IMG/VR virus record: IMGVR_UViG_3300017917_003637
Coordinates: 22,763-86,762 of that record
Strand: one strand, 5' to 3'
Length of the DNA: 64,000 nucleotides
Source: a virus
Part shown: in pieces, positions 46,029 to 56,133 of the stretch
How positions within the stretch are numbered: position 1 is the stretch's first letter
How the letters are laid out: every line of letters starts with the position of its first letter
Translations under genes and position numbers: made by a program
Notes under the pieces: generated by a model
Seen by the model: only the letters and a program-made list of their open reading frames with translations
Told to the model about the DNA's origin: nothing
Databases searched by the model: none

Positions 46029-46901
46029 TTATTTGCTAAAAAATTTTATAATTTTTTGAAAAAAAGATAATTTACCCTCGTTGATAATTTGAGATTTAGG
46101 TGGTGTTGGTTTGACCGTTTCAGTTTTTTTCTTGTAGTTTGGATGTTCAAACAATTTAACAAAGTATTTTGTAAGTCTGTGTCTAACAATATCTTCTTCC
46201 GCAAATTCTACTATTGATACACCTTCCTCTTGTGGCAATGATTTAATCATTTTAACAATTTCACCTAACGAACTATCTTCTTTTCGTTTTAAGTCAATTT
46301 GGTTAGTATCACCTAAGATTACAACTTTGGTGTTTTCTGAAAAACGTGTAAGAAGTGTTTTAGCGTTTCCATCGTTTACGTTTTGAAACTCATCAAAAAG
46401 TAAAATACAGTTTGGAATTGACCTACCTCTAACAGAACCGAAGACTTCCATCTTAATGTAACCAACTTCAATTAATTTTGTTGTTAATTCTTCACCAATA
46501 AGCGTATAAAAAGCGTCTAAGAAAGACATCATGATAAATTTAAGTTTATCACGCTCATCTCCTGGCAATGTACCTAAGTCTTCATCTTTTAATTGAACTA
46601 TTGATTTGACTAATTTGATGTCGTGGTATTTGTCTGGGTTTGTTTTAAGCAATAAAAGAGCCTCAGCAACACTAAGAAGAGTTTTACCAGTACCAGCTGG
46701 TCCAATACAAACAGTTACATCACCATTTTTAATTGATTGGGTAAGCCTTTTTTGAGTTTCATTCTTATGTTTCAAATCAATTTTGATTTGTGAGAGCAAG
46801 TCTTGTTTTTCGTTGATTTTAGATTCAACTTTTGAGTTAACTTTTTTAGTTTTTGTGGTTCTAGTAGAACCAGATTTTGTTGCTGCTACTCTTTTGGTCA
46901 T
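46029..46901 (-). CDS. phoH: PhoH-like ATPase
   Basis: GPAGTGKT, LGTLPG, RGRSI, DEFQN, LLTR, GDTNQID, DIVRH; ATATTTAT at 46923-46916. Confidence 0.9.
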   Translation of the reverse strand: MTKRVAATKSGSTRTTKTKKVNSKVESKINEKQDLLSQIKIDLKHKNETQKRLTQSIKNGDVTVCIGPAGTGKTLLSVAEALLLLKTNPDKYHDIKLVKSIVQLKDEDLGTLPGDERDKLKFIMMSFLDAFYTLIGEELTTKLIEVGYIKMEVFGSVRGRSIPNCILLFDEFQNVNDGNAKTLLTRFSENTKVVILGDTNQIDLKRKEDSSLGEIVKMIKSLPQEEGVSIVEFAEEDIVRHRLTKYFVKLFEHPNYKKKTETVKPTPPKSQIINEGKLSFFQKIIKFFSK

Positions 46902-46924
46902 ATATTTGTTTTTTAATAAATATC

Positions 46925-47860
46925 TTAATGTTTTATATTAGGATATGATTTTTCAAACCATTCAATTGTTTCTTTAATACCCACTTCAAAAGGCGTAAAT
47001 TTAAATTCTGGTAAATAACTTTTTATTTTTGAATTATCACTAGGTTTTCTATATTGACCATCTGGTTTACTGTTGTCAAACAAAACATTACCCTTAAAAT
47101 TCATTTCTTTTACAATTATGTCCACAACATTTTTTATTGATATTTCTTCCGAGGTTGATAAAATGATTGGTTCTGATTCGTTATAATTATCTAAAACCCA
47201 CAAAGCTAATTCTGCAACATCTTTTGAAAATATAAATTCTCTAAGTGGTTTACCTGAACCCCAAATAACCAAATCTGTTTTATTTTCTCTAGCCAAATAA
47301 CACTTATGTATTAATGATGGTATAACATGACCATTTTGTATGTTAAAATTGTCATTTGGGCCATAAATGTTTGTTGGGATTACCGAAGTATAGTTTAACC
47401 CGTATTGTTCTTTATACGCTCTTATTTGTACTTCAGCCATGCGCTTAGCATACGCGTATGCGTCATTAGAGGTGTGAGGCGCGCCTTGGTGTATTTTATT
47501 TTCTGTTAAAGGGTATTCTACGTTGTCTGGAAACACACATGTTGATAAAAACGCTACTAGTTTTTTAACACCGTGAGTTCTTGCTGATTCAATAACATTT
47601 GTATTCATCATGATATTATCATAAAAGAATTCACCCTTGTAATTCATGTTTCCACCAACACCACCAACTTTCGCAGCGCAATGAATAATTCGGTCGACAG
47701 CATGTTCTTTTTGTCTATCTTTATCGGTATAGAAACCAATAATCGAATCAACGGTTTTTTTATCTCTTAGGTCACCAACTTTTGATGTTATAGCGATGAT
47801 ATCACCTTTAAATTGTGAACCAACTAAACCGTTGGCGCCTGTAACTAATAATCTACCCAT
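46925..47860 (-). CDS. fcl: GDP-L-fucose synthase
   Basis: TGANGLVG, AAKVGG, STCVFP, YAYAKR, PTNIYGPNDNF, WGSGKPLREF. Confidence 0.92.
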   Translation of the reverse strand: MGRLLVTGANGLVGSQFKGDIIAITSKVGDLRDKKTVDSIIGFYTDKDRQKEHAVDRIIHCAAKVGGVGGNMNYKGEFFYDNIMMNTNVIESARTHGVKKLVAFLSTCVFPDNVEYPLTENKIHQGAPHTSNDAYAYAKRMAEVQIRAYKEQYGLNYTSVIPTNIYGPNDNFNIQNGHVIPSLIHKCYLARENKTDLVIWGSGKPLREFIFSKDVAELALWVLDNYNESEPIILSTSEEISIKNVVDIIVKEMNFKGNVLFDNSKPDGQYRKPSDNSKIKSYLPEFKFTPFEVGIKETIEWFEKSYPNIKH

Positions 47861-47862
47861 AA

Positions 47863-48840
47863 TTAACTTAATTTATTTAACCAATATTCTATCATTTCAT
47901 CTAACATAGTTTCGAAAGTATATTTTGGTTTCCAACCTAATACCGTTTTAGCTTTTGTAGCGTCACCTCGTAAAAAATGTAATTCTTCAGCTCTTTCGAA
48001 TTTTTTATCTGTTTTTACATAATCTGTAGGATTTAATTCTAGTTTATTAAAAACATACGATACTAAATCACTAACTTTTTTTGATTCACCAGTAGCTAAT
48101 ACGTAATCACTTGGTTTGTCTTGTTGTAACATAAGCCACATACCTTCAACATAATCTTTAGCGTGACCCCAATCTCTCATAGCGTTTAAATTACCCAATA
48201 CTAGCTCATTAGAGACCCCTAGTTTAATTTTTACAGCTTCAAGGACTACTTTGTTGGTCACGAAATTAATACCTCTCCTAGGGCTTTCATGGTTAAATAA
48301 AATCCCAGAACATATAAACATATCGTAAGCATTTCTGTAGTTATGACAAAGACTGTGAGCATAAAGTTTGCTACAACCGTATGGTGATACTGGTATCATC
48401 TTTGTTGTTTCCCTTTGAAAATAATCCTCATCACATTGATTACCATACATTTCTGAAGTCGCGGCGTGATATACCTTTGATTTAGGTGAAAATTTTCTAA
48501 CAGCTTCTAGTACAGCTAAAGTTCCACCAGCATTAACATCTAAAGTGTATTTTGGTAAGTCAAAACTGATTTGTACGTGACTTTGAGCGGCCAAATGATA
48601 TATTTCATCTGGTTTAATCTCATTTATAATCGATTCAACACTTATGGGGTCTGTAAGGTCCATATAGTGTAATGTTATTTTGTTTGATTCTCTTAGTTCT
48701 TCTATTCTAGTTGTTTGCGATTCTGGAACCGAATTTCTTCTAATAGTTCCATGGACAATATATCCCTTTTCAATTAAAAATTCCGCGATATAAGAAGCGT
48801 CTTGTCCGTTTGCTCCAAGTATTAAGGCTGTTTTATTCAT
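47863..48840 (-). CDS. gmd: GDP-mannose 4,6-dehydratase
   Basis: GANGQDASY, LAAQSHV, SPYGCSK, FNHESPRRG, RDWGHAKDY. Confidence 0.95.
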   Translation of the reverse strand: MNKTALILGANGQDASYIAEFLIEKGYIVHGTIRRNSVPESQTTRIEELRESNKITLHYMDLTDPISVESIINEIKPDEIYHLAAQSHVQISFDLPKYTLDVNAGGTLAVLEAVRKFSPKSKVYHAATSEMYGNQCDEDYFQRETTKMIPVSPYGCSKLYAHSLCHNYRNAYDMFICSGILFNHESPRRGINFVTNKVVLEAVKIKLGVSNELVLGNLNAMRDWGHAKDYVEGMWLMLQQDKPSDYVLATGESKKVSDLVSYVFNKLELNPTDYVKTDKKFERAEELHFLRGDATKAKTVLGWKPKYTFETMLDEMIEYWLNKLS

Positions 48841-49588
48841 ATTTAATAATTTTGTTACAATTTAATTTATAATTGGGTCCGACACATATTGGGTCCCAAT
48901 CGTATTTAAGTGATTTCCATTCTGGTAGAACAAACATATCTCCATGCCAAAACCTAGGTCGGTCATTATAGTAGATATTTTTTGCTTTACTTAAAAACCC
49001 AATCCACCAGCTAAAACTACCTTCACTTAATACCAAATTATTAAAATTTTTGGCAAAATCAATAGTTTCTAAAGGTGAGTTATTGTATATAGTTAAATTA
49101 AATTTGTTTGCTAGTTCTAAAACGTTTGGATGATTGGGTGTATCTGAAGTTATAAAACCACCTTTTGGGGATATTTTGTTTAACGCATCCGTATAATATT
49201 CAATAGGTAACATTTGTCTCTCACCATTTATATCCCCTATTCTATATGCAACAAATACTGAATCGCTTGGTTGATTAATATAGTTTAATGTAAATAAAGA
49301 TTTTATATCATGGCGATATTTCAAAATAAAATCTTTTAACTGATAATACCCAACAAATTTATAGTGAGCTGTCTCTATTTTGTCTGACTCTAAATATGTA
49401 ACCAAATTATTATCGTCTATTTCGATAATTTTATCGTTATGTTCGTAACCATTTATGACTGGTAGGTTAAAACAGTTTTCAACAATATTTGAGCTAATGT
49501 TCAACCCAAATTTTTTTGCAAAAATATATGCAGACACGTATTGAAATAGGTTATTACCTAATCTACCACTATAGTTTATTGAAACCAT
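48833..49588 (-). CDS. Alpha-1,2-fucosyltransferase-like (GT11)
   Basis: GRLGNNLFQY, GYYQ, YRIGD, SFSWWIGFL. Confidence 0.8.
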   Translation of the reverse strand: MVSINYSGRLGNNLFQYVSAYIFAKKFGLNISSNIVENCFNLPVINGYEHNDKIIEIDDNNLVTYLESDKIETAHYKFVGYYQLKDFILKYRHDIKSLFTLNYINQPSDSVFVAYRIGDINGERQMLPIEYYTDALNKISPKGGFITSDTPNHPNVLELANKFNLTIYNNSPLETIDFAKNFNNLVLSEGSFSWWIGFLSKAKNIYYNDRPRFWHGDMFVLPEWKSLKYDWDPICVGPNYKLNCNKIIKYE

Positions 49589-50415
49589 TATCTTTTTGAA
49601 ATTACAATATTATCTGGACCTTTAATGTTTTTGTTTTTTGCAACAATCAAACCATCATATGAATAACTTTCGTCTAAATTTGCAGAACATAATATATCAA
49701 AACCGTTTTTAATTAAAAATTCGATACAATTAGCATGTAGAGAATTCTCGTGTGTTGATATGAAAAAATAATCAATTCTATCGATAACCTTTGAACAACC
49801 CAACAACATTTCAAATTCATAGCCTTGAATGTCGGAATGACAAATCGCAACTCTATCTAAATTTTCTAATTCAAAAATTTTATTAACCGTTATAGTCGAT
49901 TCATTGTCATATGAGCTTACAAATTTATTGTAAAACGTTCCAGTCATATTATTTAAGTTAAAATTATGTTCACCAAATAACATATTGTTATAATCTGGTT
50001 CTACCAATATGTTTTTACCTTTAACTTCTTTATTAAACCACATAGAATAAAAACCCCAATAAGAACCCAATTCAATCATAACACTACCTTTTTTTATGAA
50101 CGGTAAAATGTCATTAAAAGCTTTTTCTTCTTGCGGTTCATGAACACCTTCATTCTCCATCAATAAACGCAACATACTATAACCATAGTAACTATTTTTA
50201 TGTATTTTAATTCCGTTATGTAAATAAAGAAAATCGTCTATTATTTTACCAGCAAACTCATGTTTTGGTATCAAAAGGTTATCACTACTAGCTTTAACTA
50301 ATTCTATTCTATTTAACCAATCTGTGCTACCAGAAGTACCATCAACATATTCTGGACTTCCTTTAATAGCTTTTAATTCAATGTTACTTTTTAATATAAC
50401 TTCTTCTAAGGTCAT
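49588..50415 (-). CDS. FkbM-like SAM methyltransferase
   Basis: MIELGSYWGFYS, HSDIQGYE. Confidence 0.75.
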   Translation of the reverse strand: MTLEEVILKSNIELKAIKGSPEYVDGTSGSTDWLNRIELVKASSDNLLIPKHEFAGKIIDDFLYLHNGIKIHKNSYYGYSMLRLLMENEGVHEPQEEKAFNDILPFIKKGSVMIELGSYWGFYSMWFNKEVKGKNILVEPDYNNMLFGEHNFNLNNMTGTFYNKFVSSYDNESTITVNKIFELENLDRVAICHSDIQGYEFEMLLGCSKVIDRIDYFFISTHENSLHANCIEFLIKNGFDILCSANLDESYSYDGLIVAKNKNIKGPDNIVISKR

Positions 50416-51041
50416 TTTGTTATTATTATGTTTGTGTTATTATCATGTAAAACGTTTGTTAAACCAAATTGTTTACAATAGTTTAGTATTTTGTTTTTTA
50501 TTTCAGAGTCATTATTATATTCTATGATTAATATCTCACAACCAAACTCATTTAAGTCAATTTGACTTAAAATTTGGAAATCGTACCCTTCGATGTCTAT
50601 TGAAATTATTTCATATTTTTTATATAGTAATTTTTCTTTTATCTTATCAAAAACGTAACAATCAATTTCAAAACTATCAAAACCATTACCAGAGTTTGAA
50701 GAACCTAAATAGCTTTCCTTAGAGATAGTTGACAATAAATCTGAATCATTTTTATTCAAATGCGTTATATTATGATAAAATGTAAATTTTTCATTGACAT
50801 CGGATAGACAAACATTTAAACATTGAACCTTATCATTGTTTTTATGTAACTCTATTGATTTTTGAAATGGTATTGGTGCAGCCTCGATTAGTGTCGCGCC
50901 ACATCCGTTTTCAATAAAATGTAATGAATTACTTAATATTTTTCCATCGTTAGCACCAATGTCTAACACATTTCCAGTATATTTGTGTTTTATGTATTCT
51001 GAGACAACTTTGTCTTCGCCGTATTGTGAGTAATAATTCAT
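50412..51041 (-). CDS. FkbM-family methyltransferase
   Basis: YSQYGED, LDIGANDG, SIDIEGYD. Confidence 0.85.
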   Translation of the reverse strand: MNYYSQYGEDKVVSEYIKHKYTGNVLDIGANDGKILSNSLHFIENGCGATLIEAAPIPFQKSIELHKNNDKVQCLNVCLSDVNEKFTFYHNITHLNKNDSDLLSTISKESYLGSSNSGNGFDSFEIDCYVFDKIKEKLLYKKYEIISIDIEGYDFQILSQIDLNEFGCEILIIEYNNDSEIKNKILNYCKQFGLTNVLHDNNTNIIITK

Positions 51042-51664
51042 CGTAAATTAGATTTATAATTAGTTTCAGAACCTTGTATTATTATTGGTGGTTCACAACA
51101 ACCAAAATTTAGATTTAAAGGTTCTTTTATTATGTTTAAATGGTTGTCAATATTTGTTGAAATTGGTTTTGAATATTCTAAAACATTTTTAAGTTTTTTA
51201 TTGTTAACTAAATAACCACTAACACATTTGCTAAAGTTAAATGGTTGTATGTGTTTTTTGTTTTGTTTTTCAACTACAATACCACAACATGTTGATAAGA
51301 AAATGAAATCAAAAGACTCTAAATCTTCTTGTAAAATTTCATTTATAATTAAATTAAAATTTTCATTTATAATCGCATCATCTTCTAAAATTAAACATAG
51401 ATTATAATCATTTAATACTATATCTTTATAAATTTCTAAATGTGATAATGAAACGCTTAATTCATTTATTGGTAAAGGTCTAGATAAAACGTTTGTATTA
51501 TAAAGATAAACCTCGTCTATCATGTCTTTAATTTTATTATCAGTCTCTTCATTTGAGATTATGTACTCAAAATTTTCACTAATTTTAGGTAAAACATTAT
51601 CCAAATAATTTTTACGTTCAATTAAAGGTTCGTAATGTACTATATATGTTTTATCTATTTTCAT
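51038..51664 (-). CDS. Glycosyltransferase family 25-like
   Basis: ERK...SLSH..IY...LILEDDA...GYLV. Confidence 0.7.
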   Translation of the reverse strand: MKIDKTYIVHYEPLIERKNYLDNVLPKISENFEYIISNEETDNKIKDMIDEVYLYNTNVLSRPLPINELSVSLSHLEIYKDIVLNDYNLCLILEDDAIINENFNLIINEILQEDLESFDFIFLSTCCGIVVEKQNKKHIQPFNFSKCVSGYLVNNKKLKNVLEYSKPISTNIDNHLNIIKEPLNLNFGCCEPPIIIQGSETNYKSNLR

Positions 51665-52409
51665 AACGATTAAAATTTAAAACGTCTTTATCAAAATTAC
51701 CCCATATTTTTTTATAAACATCTACAGAAAAATATGAAACGTCTAATTCTGACCAATCATTTAATACAACTAAAGGTAAATTTTTGTAAAAGTCAATATT
51801 AATTGATTTGGTGACTATAGGTATGGCACCAAGATATAAGGCTTCCCATGTTTTATGACAATCAACACCATTTCCGTTAGGTGAAACAACAAAATAACTT
51901 TTAGCTACCTCTTCTAAGTATTGCTTAAAAGGTAATTTATCAGCCATAAAAAGACCTTTTTTATTTAATTCAGAAATACAATAATTTCTCTCTTTTCTGT
52001 TTGTATTTACATCAAAATTAACATAAATTAACTTTTCTTTTACTATGGGTTTATTTAAAACCTCATTAAAAACATTTTCATCACCGTGAGGCCAAATTTC
52101 ATTAGCGATACCAATAGGTATTGATGTTAATTTATGATGAGTTGTCATAATGTTTTGTCCAAACCATTTAATTAGATTTGGGTCATCCATATAACGTAAA
52201 TAACTATCATCTACTGGGATATCACCATTATGTGTTACCAAAATATATGGTCTACTTTGTTTTTGACTAAAAAAATTATGGACATAATCAATTTTAACAA
52301 AAATTCTTAGTATTTCATCATTACTTGGTTCGCTATGTCTAACAAAACCATATTCATCTAAGGAATAATGACATTGTTTTTTAAATTTATTACCAGTTAT
52401 CAATATCAT
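51651..52409 (-). CDS. Exostosin/GT47-like glycosyltransferase domain protein
   Basis: SYFVVSPNGNGVDCHKTWEALYLGAIPIV. Confidence 0.7.
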   Translation of the reverse strand: MILITGNKFKKQCHYSLDEYGFVRHSEPSNDEILRIFVKIDYVHNFFSQKQSRPYILVTHNGDIPVDDSYLRYMDDPNLIKWFGQNIMTTHHKLTSIPIGIANEIWPHGDENVFNEVLNKPIVKEKLIYVNFDVNTNRKERNYCISELNKKGLFMADKLPFKQYLEEVAKSYFVVSPNGNGVDCHKTWEALYLGAIPIVTKSINIDFYKNLPLVVLNDWSELDVSYFSVDVYKKIWGNFDKDVLNFNRYENR

Positions 52410-53131
52410 TCGTACAATAAATTAATTAAACTATCAATTTCTGATTTATATTGTTTATAAGGCCTTAATAAATGTGAATCAATATAATGACCATTTTTAA
52501 CTGAATTAGCATCATAACGCCATATAGCTCTATCTACTCGATTATTAGCAAATACAATAAAACCTCTATTCATTAACATAATCTTATCTTTATTTGGATA
52601 AGCATTTACCATATCATACAAATATCGTTGGTCTGATGTCCAACCGAAACCTAATTTTTGTATTTTATTTACAAAGTCGTCCCATTTTTCATCAATTTTT
52701 AAAACATCTTTAAATGTTTCTGGTTTTGCGATATTATAACACATTTGATATTCTAAATTTCTAAGACATTCTGGATTATCGGAAGTCATAACATAAAAAT
52801 TATTGTCATTAAATGGTTTGATATTATCAATAAAATATTGTTTAGACAATGGCACCATGTCAATATCAGATGTGATACAAATATCGTCTAATAAAGTTGG
52901 TAAATAAAACCTGACAATTTGTGATTGAAGACCTTCGTCTATACCCTCTATAGTTTTAAATTTTTTAACTAACCCATATTCGTCCGCAATAAAATCTGAA
53001 TCTTCATCGCAAATTAACCCTAAAACAGGTGTTATATCAAAAATTTCTTTCCAAGTTTTTGATATTATAGTCCAAAAGTCATAGTAAAGTGGGTTTCTAG
53101 TTGAACCCATGATTGCATATTTAATTTTCAT
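52406..53131 (-). CDS. Putative GT-A fold glycosyltransferase
   Basis: SQIVRF...ITSDIDMVP (DxD), W.SDQ; position in the cluster. Confidence 0.5.
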   Translation of the reverse strand: MKIKYAIMGSTRNPLYYDFWTIISKTWKEIFDITPVLGLICDEDSDFIADEYGLVKKFKTIEGIDEGLQSQIVRFYLPTLLDDICITSDIDMVPLSKQYFIDNIKPFNDNNFYVMTSDNPECLRNLEYQMCYNIAKPETFKDVLKIDEKWDDFVNKIQKLGFGWTSDQRYLYDMVNAYPNKDKIMLMNRGFIVFANNRVDRAIWRYDANSVKNGHYIDSHLLRPYKQYKSEIDSLINLLYE

Positions 53132-53132
53132 A

Positions 53133-53843
53133 TTAATTTCTATTTCTGTGGTGGTTTAAAATTTGTGATGTTATCATACGTCCTATACCATATTGTGATA
53201 TGTCTGGAATGTTTTTAATGTTATATTTTCTACCTAGTAAACTTAATATACTTTGGTCATGTCTGTGGTCTACAAATTCAACGTAATTATCTAACCCACA
53301 TTCATTAGGTGAATCGGTGATTATACGATAATCTTTAGCATAGGTTAACCATTCGTTTATGAAATTAAGAACAAAATCATTTTTTCTCATCAATATATAA
53401 CTGGCTAATAATTGATTTTGATTTAAATACTCTTCCTTGTCTAAACCCATAAGTACAAAACAATCTCGTTTTGTCCAGCGTTTATTCGGGTGAATATCTT
53501 CTAATTCAAACAATAATAATTTTTCTTCTGTTGTATCCATAATGTCGACAATCTCATCAATATTTTTAATAAATGAAATACCAGAATCAGAATACATTAA
53601 AATATCATTATCATCTATCATTTCTAGAGCTTTTTTAATTACAAATGGTTTCCACATCCAATACCCAGCTCCCCTAGTTTGTGACATAATGTTTTTATTT
53701 TCTAATAGAAATTCTTCACCTAAATCTTGTAAATTAAAAGAAAAAACGTTATCAAACTCACCAACACTTAAAGCGGAATTTGAATTTTCTTTTTGTGCAT
53801 TATGGTGTGATTTATCAGAATAATTAACTAAATGTTTTTTCAT
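53133..53843 (-). CDS. Putative GT-A fold glycosyltransferase
   Basis: RGAGYWMWKP, LMYSDSG, HRHDQSILSL; ATG at 53843. Confidence 0.6.
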   Translation of the reverse strand: MKKHLVNYSDKSHHNAQKENSNSALSVGEFDNVFSFNLQDLGEEFLLENKNIMSQTRGAGYWMWKPFVIKKALEMIDDNDILMYSDSGISFIKNIDEIVDIMDTTEEKLLLFELEDIHPNKRWTKRDCFVLMGLDKEEYLNQNQLLASYILMRKNDFVLNFINEWLTYAKDYRIITDSPNECGLDNYVEFVDHRHDQSILSLLGRKYNIKNIPDISQYGIGRMITSQILNHHRNRN

Positions 53844-53898
53844 ATTTTTAATTCTATTTTTATGTATTTTATCTTTTTGACGCTGAACCAATATAATG

Positions 53899-54705
53899 TT
53901 ATGGTAAAATTTGTTTTAGTTTATTATAAATAAAGTCGTCAGCTATTAAATATTTTTTAGCTAATTCAAAATTGGTTTTAATCGAATCCATTTTAGAGTT
54001 GTAATAATTTTCGTCTAGTTGGTTAATAACTGAATTTAAATCATTTATATCATTTATTATAACCATACCATTTAAATCAAAAAATTCACCAATAGATGGA
54101 CACCCCCAATAAATAGGTATCGTTCCTGTTATAAAGGAATCTATCAGTTTTTCACTAAAATAATAATCTTTTTTACAATTTTCAATGACAATTGAAAAAC
54201 GATAATCTTTTAAAGCGCTTATTTTTTTTTCAATAGGATTATTAAAACCATATTTATCTATGTTTGTTATACTATTAAATATTAAGTGTCTAAACAAATG
54301 GCCAGAAGTGCTTTTTTTAGCTGATAAAATCATAGATATGTTTTTAGATTTATCGTGTATTTGTCTGTCTTCAACATCAATCCAACAACCACCATACGGT
54401 ACCAACACAAATTTTTCAGATATTGATAACAATGATTTATCGAAAGTAAAAATTAAATCAAACTTGTGATAATTATCCTTAATAAAATTATACGCAAATG
54501 AAGTTATTTCTGGTGACTCTAACAACCATGCAAACTTTTTTTTATTAGTAAAATTATCCACAAATTTTAATGAAAAATCTGTAAATATTAAATACTCTTC
54601 ATCGTATTTTCTAACCCAATCAAAATATTCTGGTTCATTATACCAGCTGCTAGATTTTGCATGTGAAAACATTGAATCGTGTATGTATAATTTATCTCTT
54701 GACAT
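53899..54705 (-). CDS. Alpha-1,3/4-fucosyltransferase-like (GT10)
   Basis: YRFSIVIENCKKDYYFSEKLIDSFITGTIPIYWG; ATG at 54705. Confidence 0.85.
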   Translation of the reverse strand: MSRDKLYIHDSMFSHAKSSSWYNEPEYFDWVRKYDEEYLIFTDFSLKFVDNFTNKKKFAWLLESPEITSFAYNFIKDNYHKFDLIFTFDKSLLSISEKFVLVPYGGCWIDVEDRQIHDKSKNISMILSAKKSTSGHLFRHLIFNSITNIDKYGFNNPIEKKISALKDYRFSIVIENCKKDYYFSEKLIDSFITGTIPIYWGCPSIGEFFDLNGMVIINDINDLNSVINQLDENYYNSKMDSIKTNFELAKKYLIADDFIYNKLKQILP

Positions 54706-55303
54706 AAAACGCATCACCCCAAGTTCCACCATCCCAAGTGGTTTCAACTCTTTCAAACCCATAGTTATTTAAAAAAGAATCAAGTTCTTCAATTCTAGCA
54801 CAACCTTTGTATAGTTCAGCTCTGTTAACTTCAGTCATAATGTAATCAATATGTTTAAGGTATTCGGAACCACCTTTAAACACTTCCAATTCATATCCTT
54901 GAACATCGATGTTTATAAAGTTAAATTTTTCTTTATCACTAATGAAATTATCTAATTTTGTGATTTTAACAGTTTCTTTACCGTTAAAGTGAATGTTAGG
55001 GTGTTGAACTAAGTGATACTCTGGCTGTAGAATCGAACTTGATTGACCATTATTTATTGTTTCGGTGAACATCTCAATTTCACCTTCAGTGTTACCTAAA
55101 GCCAAATTAAGTAATACAGCTTTATCTCCAACATTTTCTTTTAATTTGTTAAATGTTGATTGTACGGGTTCAAAAAACATAATGTTTTGAACACCTAATT
55201 TTTCGTAAGTATTATATTCTTGACCAACGTGTGCACCTATGTGTAGAACACCTTTGATTTTTAAATCATACTTTTTGGTTAAATTTTCTAAGTTTAATAA
55301 CAT
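54692..55303 (-). CDS. FkbM-family methyltransferase
   Basis: LHIGAHVGQE, FEP, NIDVQGYELEVFKG, WGDAFY. Confidence 0.88.
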   Translation of the reverse strand: MLLNLENLTKKYDLKIKGVLHIGAHVGQEYNTYEKLGVQNIMFFEPVQSTFNKLKENVGDKAVLLNLALGNTEGEIEMFTETINNGQSSSILQPEYHLVQHPNIHFNGKETVKITKLDNFISDKEKFNFINIDVQGYELEVFKGGSEYLKHIDYIMTEVNRAELYKGCARIEELDSFLNNYGFERVETTWDGGTWGDAFYVKR

Positions 55304-55305
55304 AA

Positions 55306-56133
55306 TTAATTAGTTTTAAAAATATATTTTATTTCTTTATGTGGGCCATTTACACCAGAAAAATCCAACATTTTTAAATCTATTGTTTCTCCTGATATAA
55401 ATTTATCATTTAATTCTTTTTCATGCACACCAAACTCTAATGCATGTCTGTTGTTAAAAGTGTTGTTTACCAAATTAACTGGTATACTTACCAATTTAGA
55501 TTCTATAAAACACTTAGTCATTTTAGGTATTAAATTTGAACCCATAAATTTTTGTAGGTTCGCTTCTAAAGTATTTGGGTTGTGAAAATTTATTTCTACA
55601 AGTAACTCTTTTATTAGTTTTGTGTTAAAAATATGACCATCAGTTGATAAAGGGTATCTAAAATCACCAATCTGTTGTTTTGTGTAATCAAAAATTATAT
55701 ACTCACCTTCTACTTCATGTTCACCTAAAACGTAGTTTATATTGGCTGGATGAGAATACACACAATTTAATCCAAGTCTCAAAGAAAATATGAAGTTATT
55801 TTCAATAACTGGTTTTATAATATCAACTTTTCTAGCCATTATTTTTCTAAAAATAACAGCATCATCAACCATAAATGTTGTTGCTTCTATATTATCATCA
55901 ATTAATTTAATCGTTTGGTTTTTAAAATTGTTTTCATTAACAAACAAAATGCTAGAGTATTTCTCAAACAATTTTTGATAACCAGATAAATATTCTTCGT
56001 TATCACATTTATATAAAACAGATATTTTATCAAACAACATTGGCGCATTTTCTTTGATGGAATCTAACAATAAATTTAATTGGCAAGCTCTGTTTTTTGA
56101 AAATATAATAACTTGATTTTTATAATTTTCCAT
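55306..56133 (-). CDS. GT2-like glycosyltransferase
   Basis: IIFSKNRACQL..LL.S, FMVDDAVI, YPLSTDGHIF. Confidence 0.6.
   Translation of the reverse strand: MENYKNQVIIFSKNRACQLNLLLDSIKENAPMLFDKISVLYKCDNEEYLSGYQKLFEKYSSILFVNENNFKNQTIKLIDDNIEATTFMVDDAVIFRKIMARKVDIIKPVIENNFIFSLRLGLNCVYSHPANINYVLGEHEVEGEYIIFDYTKQQIGDFRYPLSTDGHIFNTKLIKELLVEINFHNPNTLEANLQKFMGSNLIPKMTKCFIESKLVSIPVNLVNNTFNNRHALEFGVHEKELNDKFISGETIDLKMLDFSGVNGPHKEIKYIFKTN

Noticed and set aside
46876-46908. Plus-strand TTTG-N21-TATATTTG pointing antisense into fcl/gmd
   Set aside because: No downstream gene, it overlaps the phoH start, and it is plausible by chance in AT-rich DNA. TSS data would be needed.
54222-54230. A9 run (minus strand) inside the GT10 gene
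   Set aside because: The ORF continues in frame into the conserved motif. It only shows that long homopolymers are not systematically miscalled.
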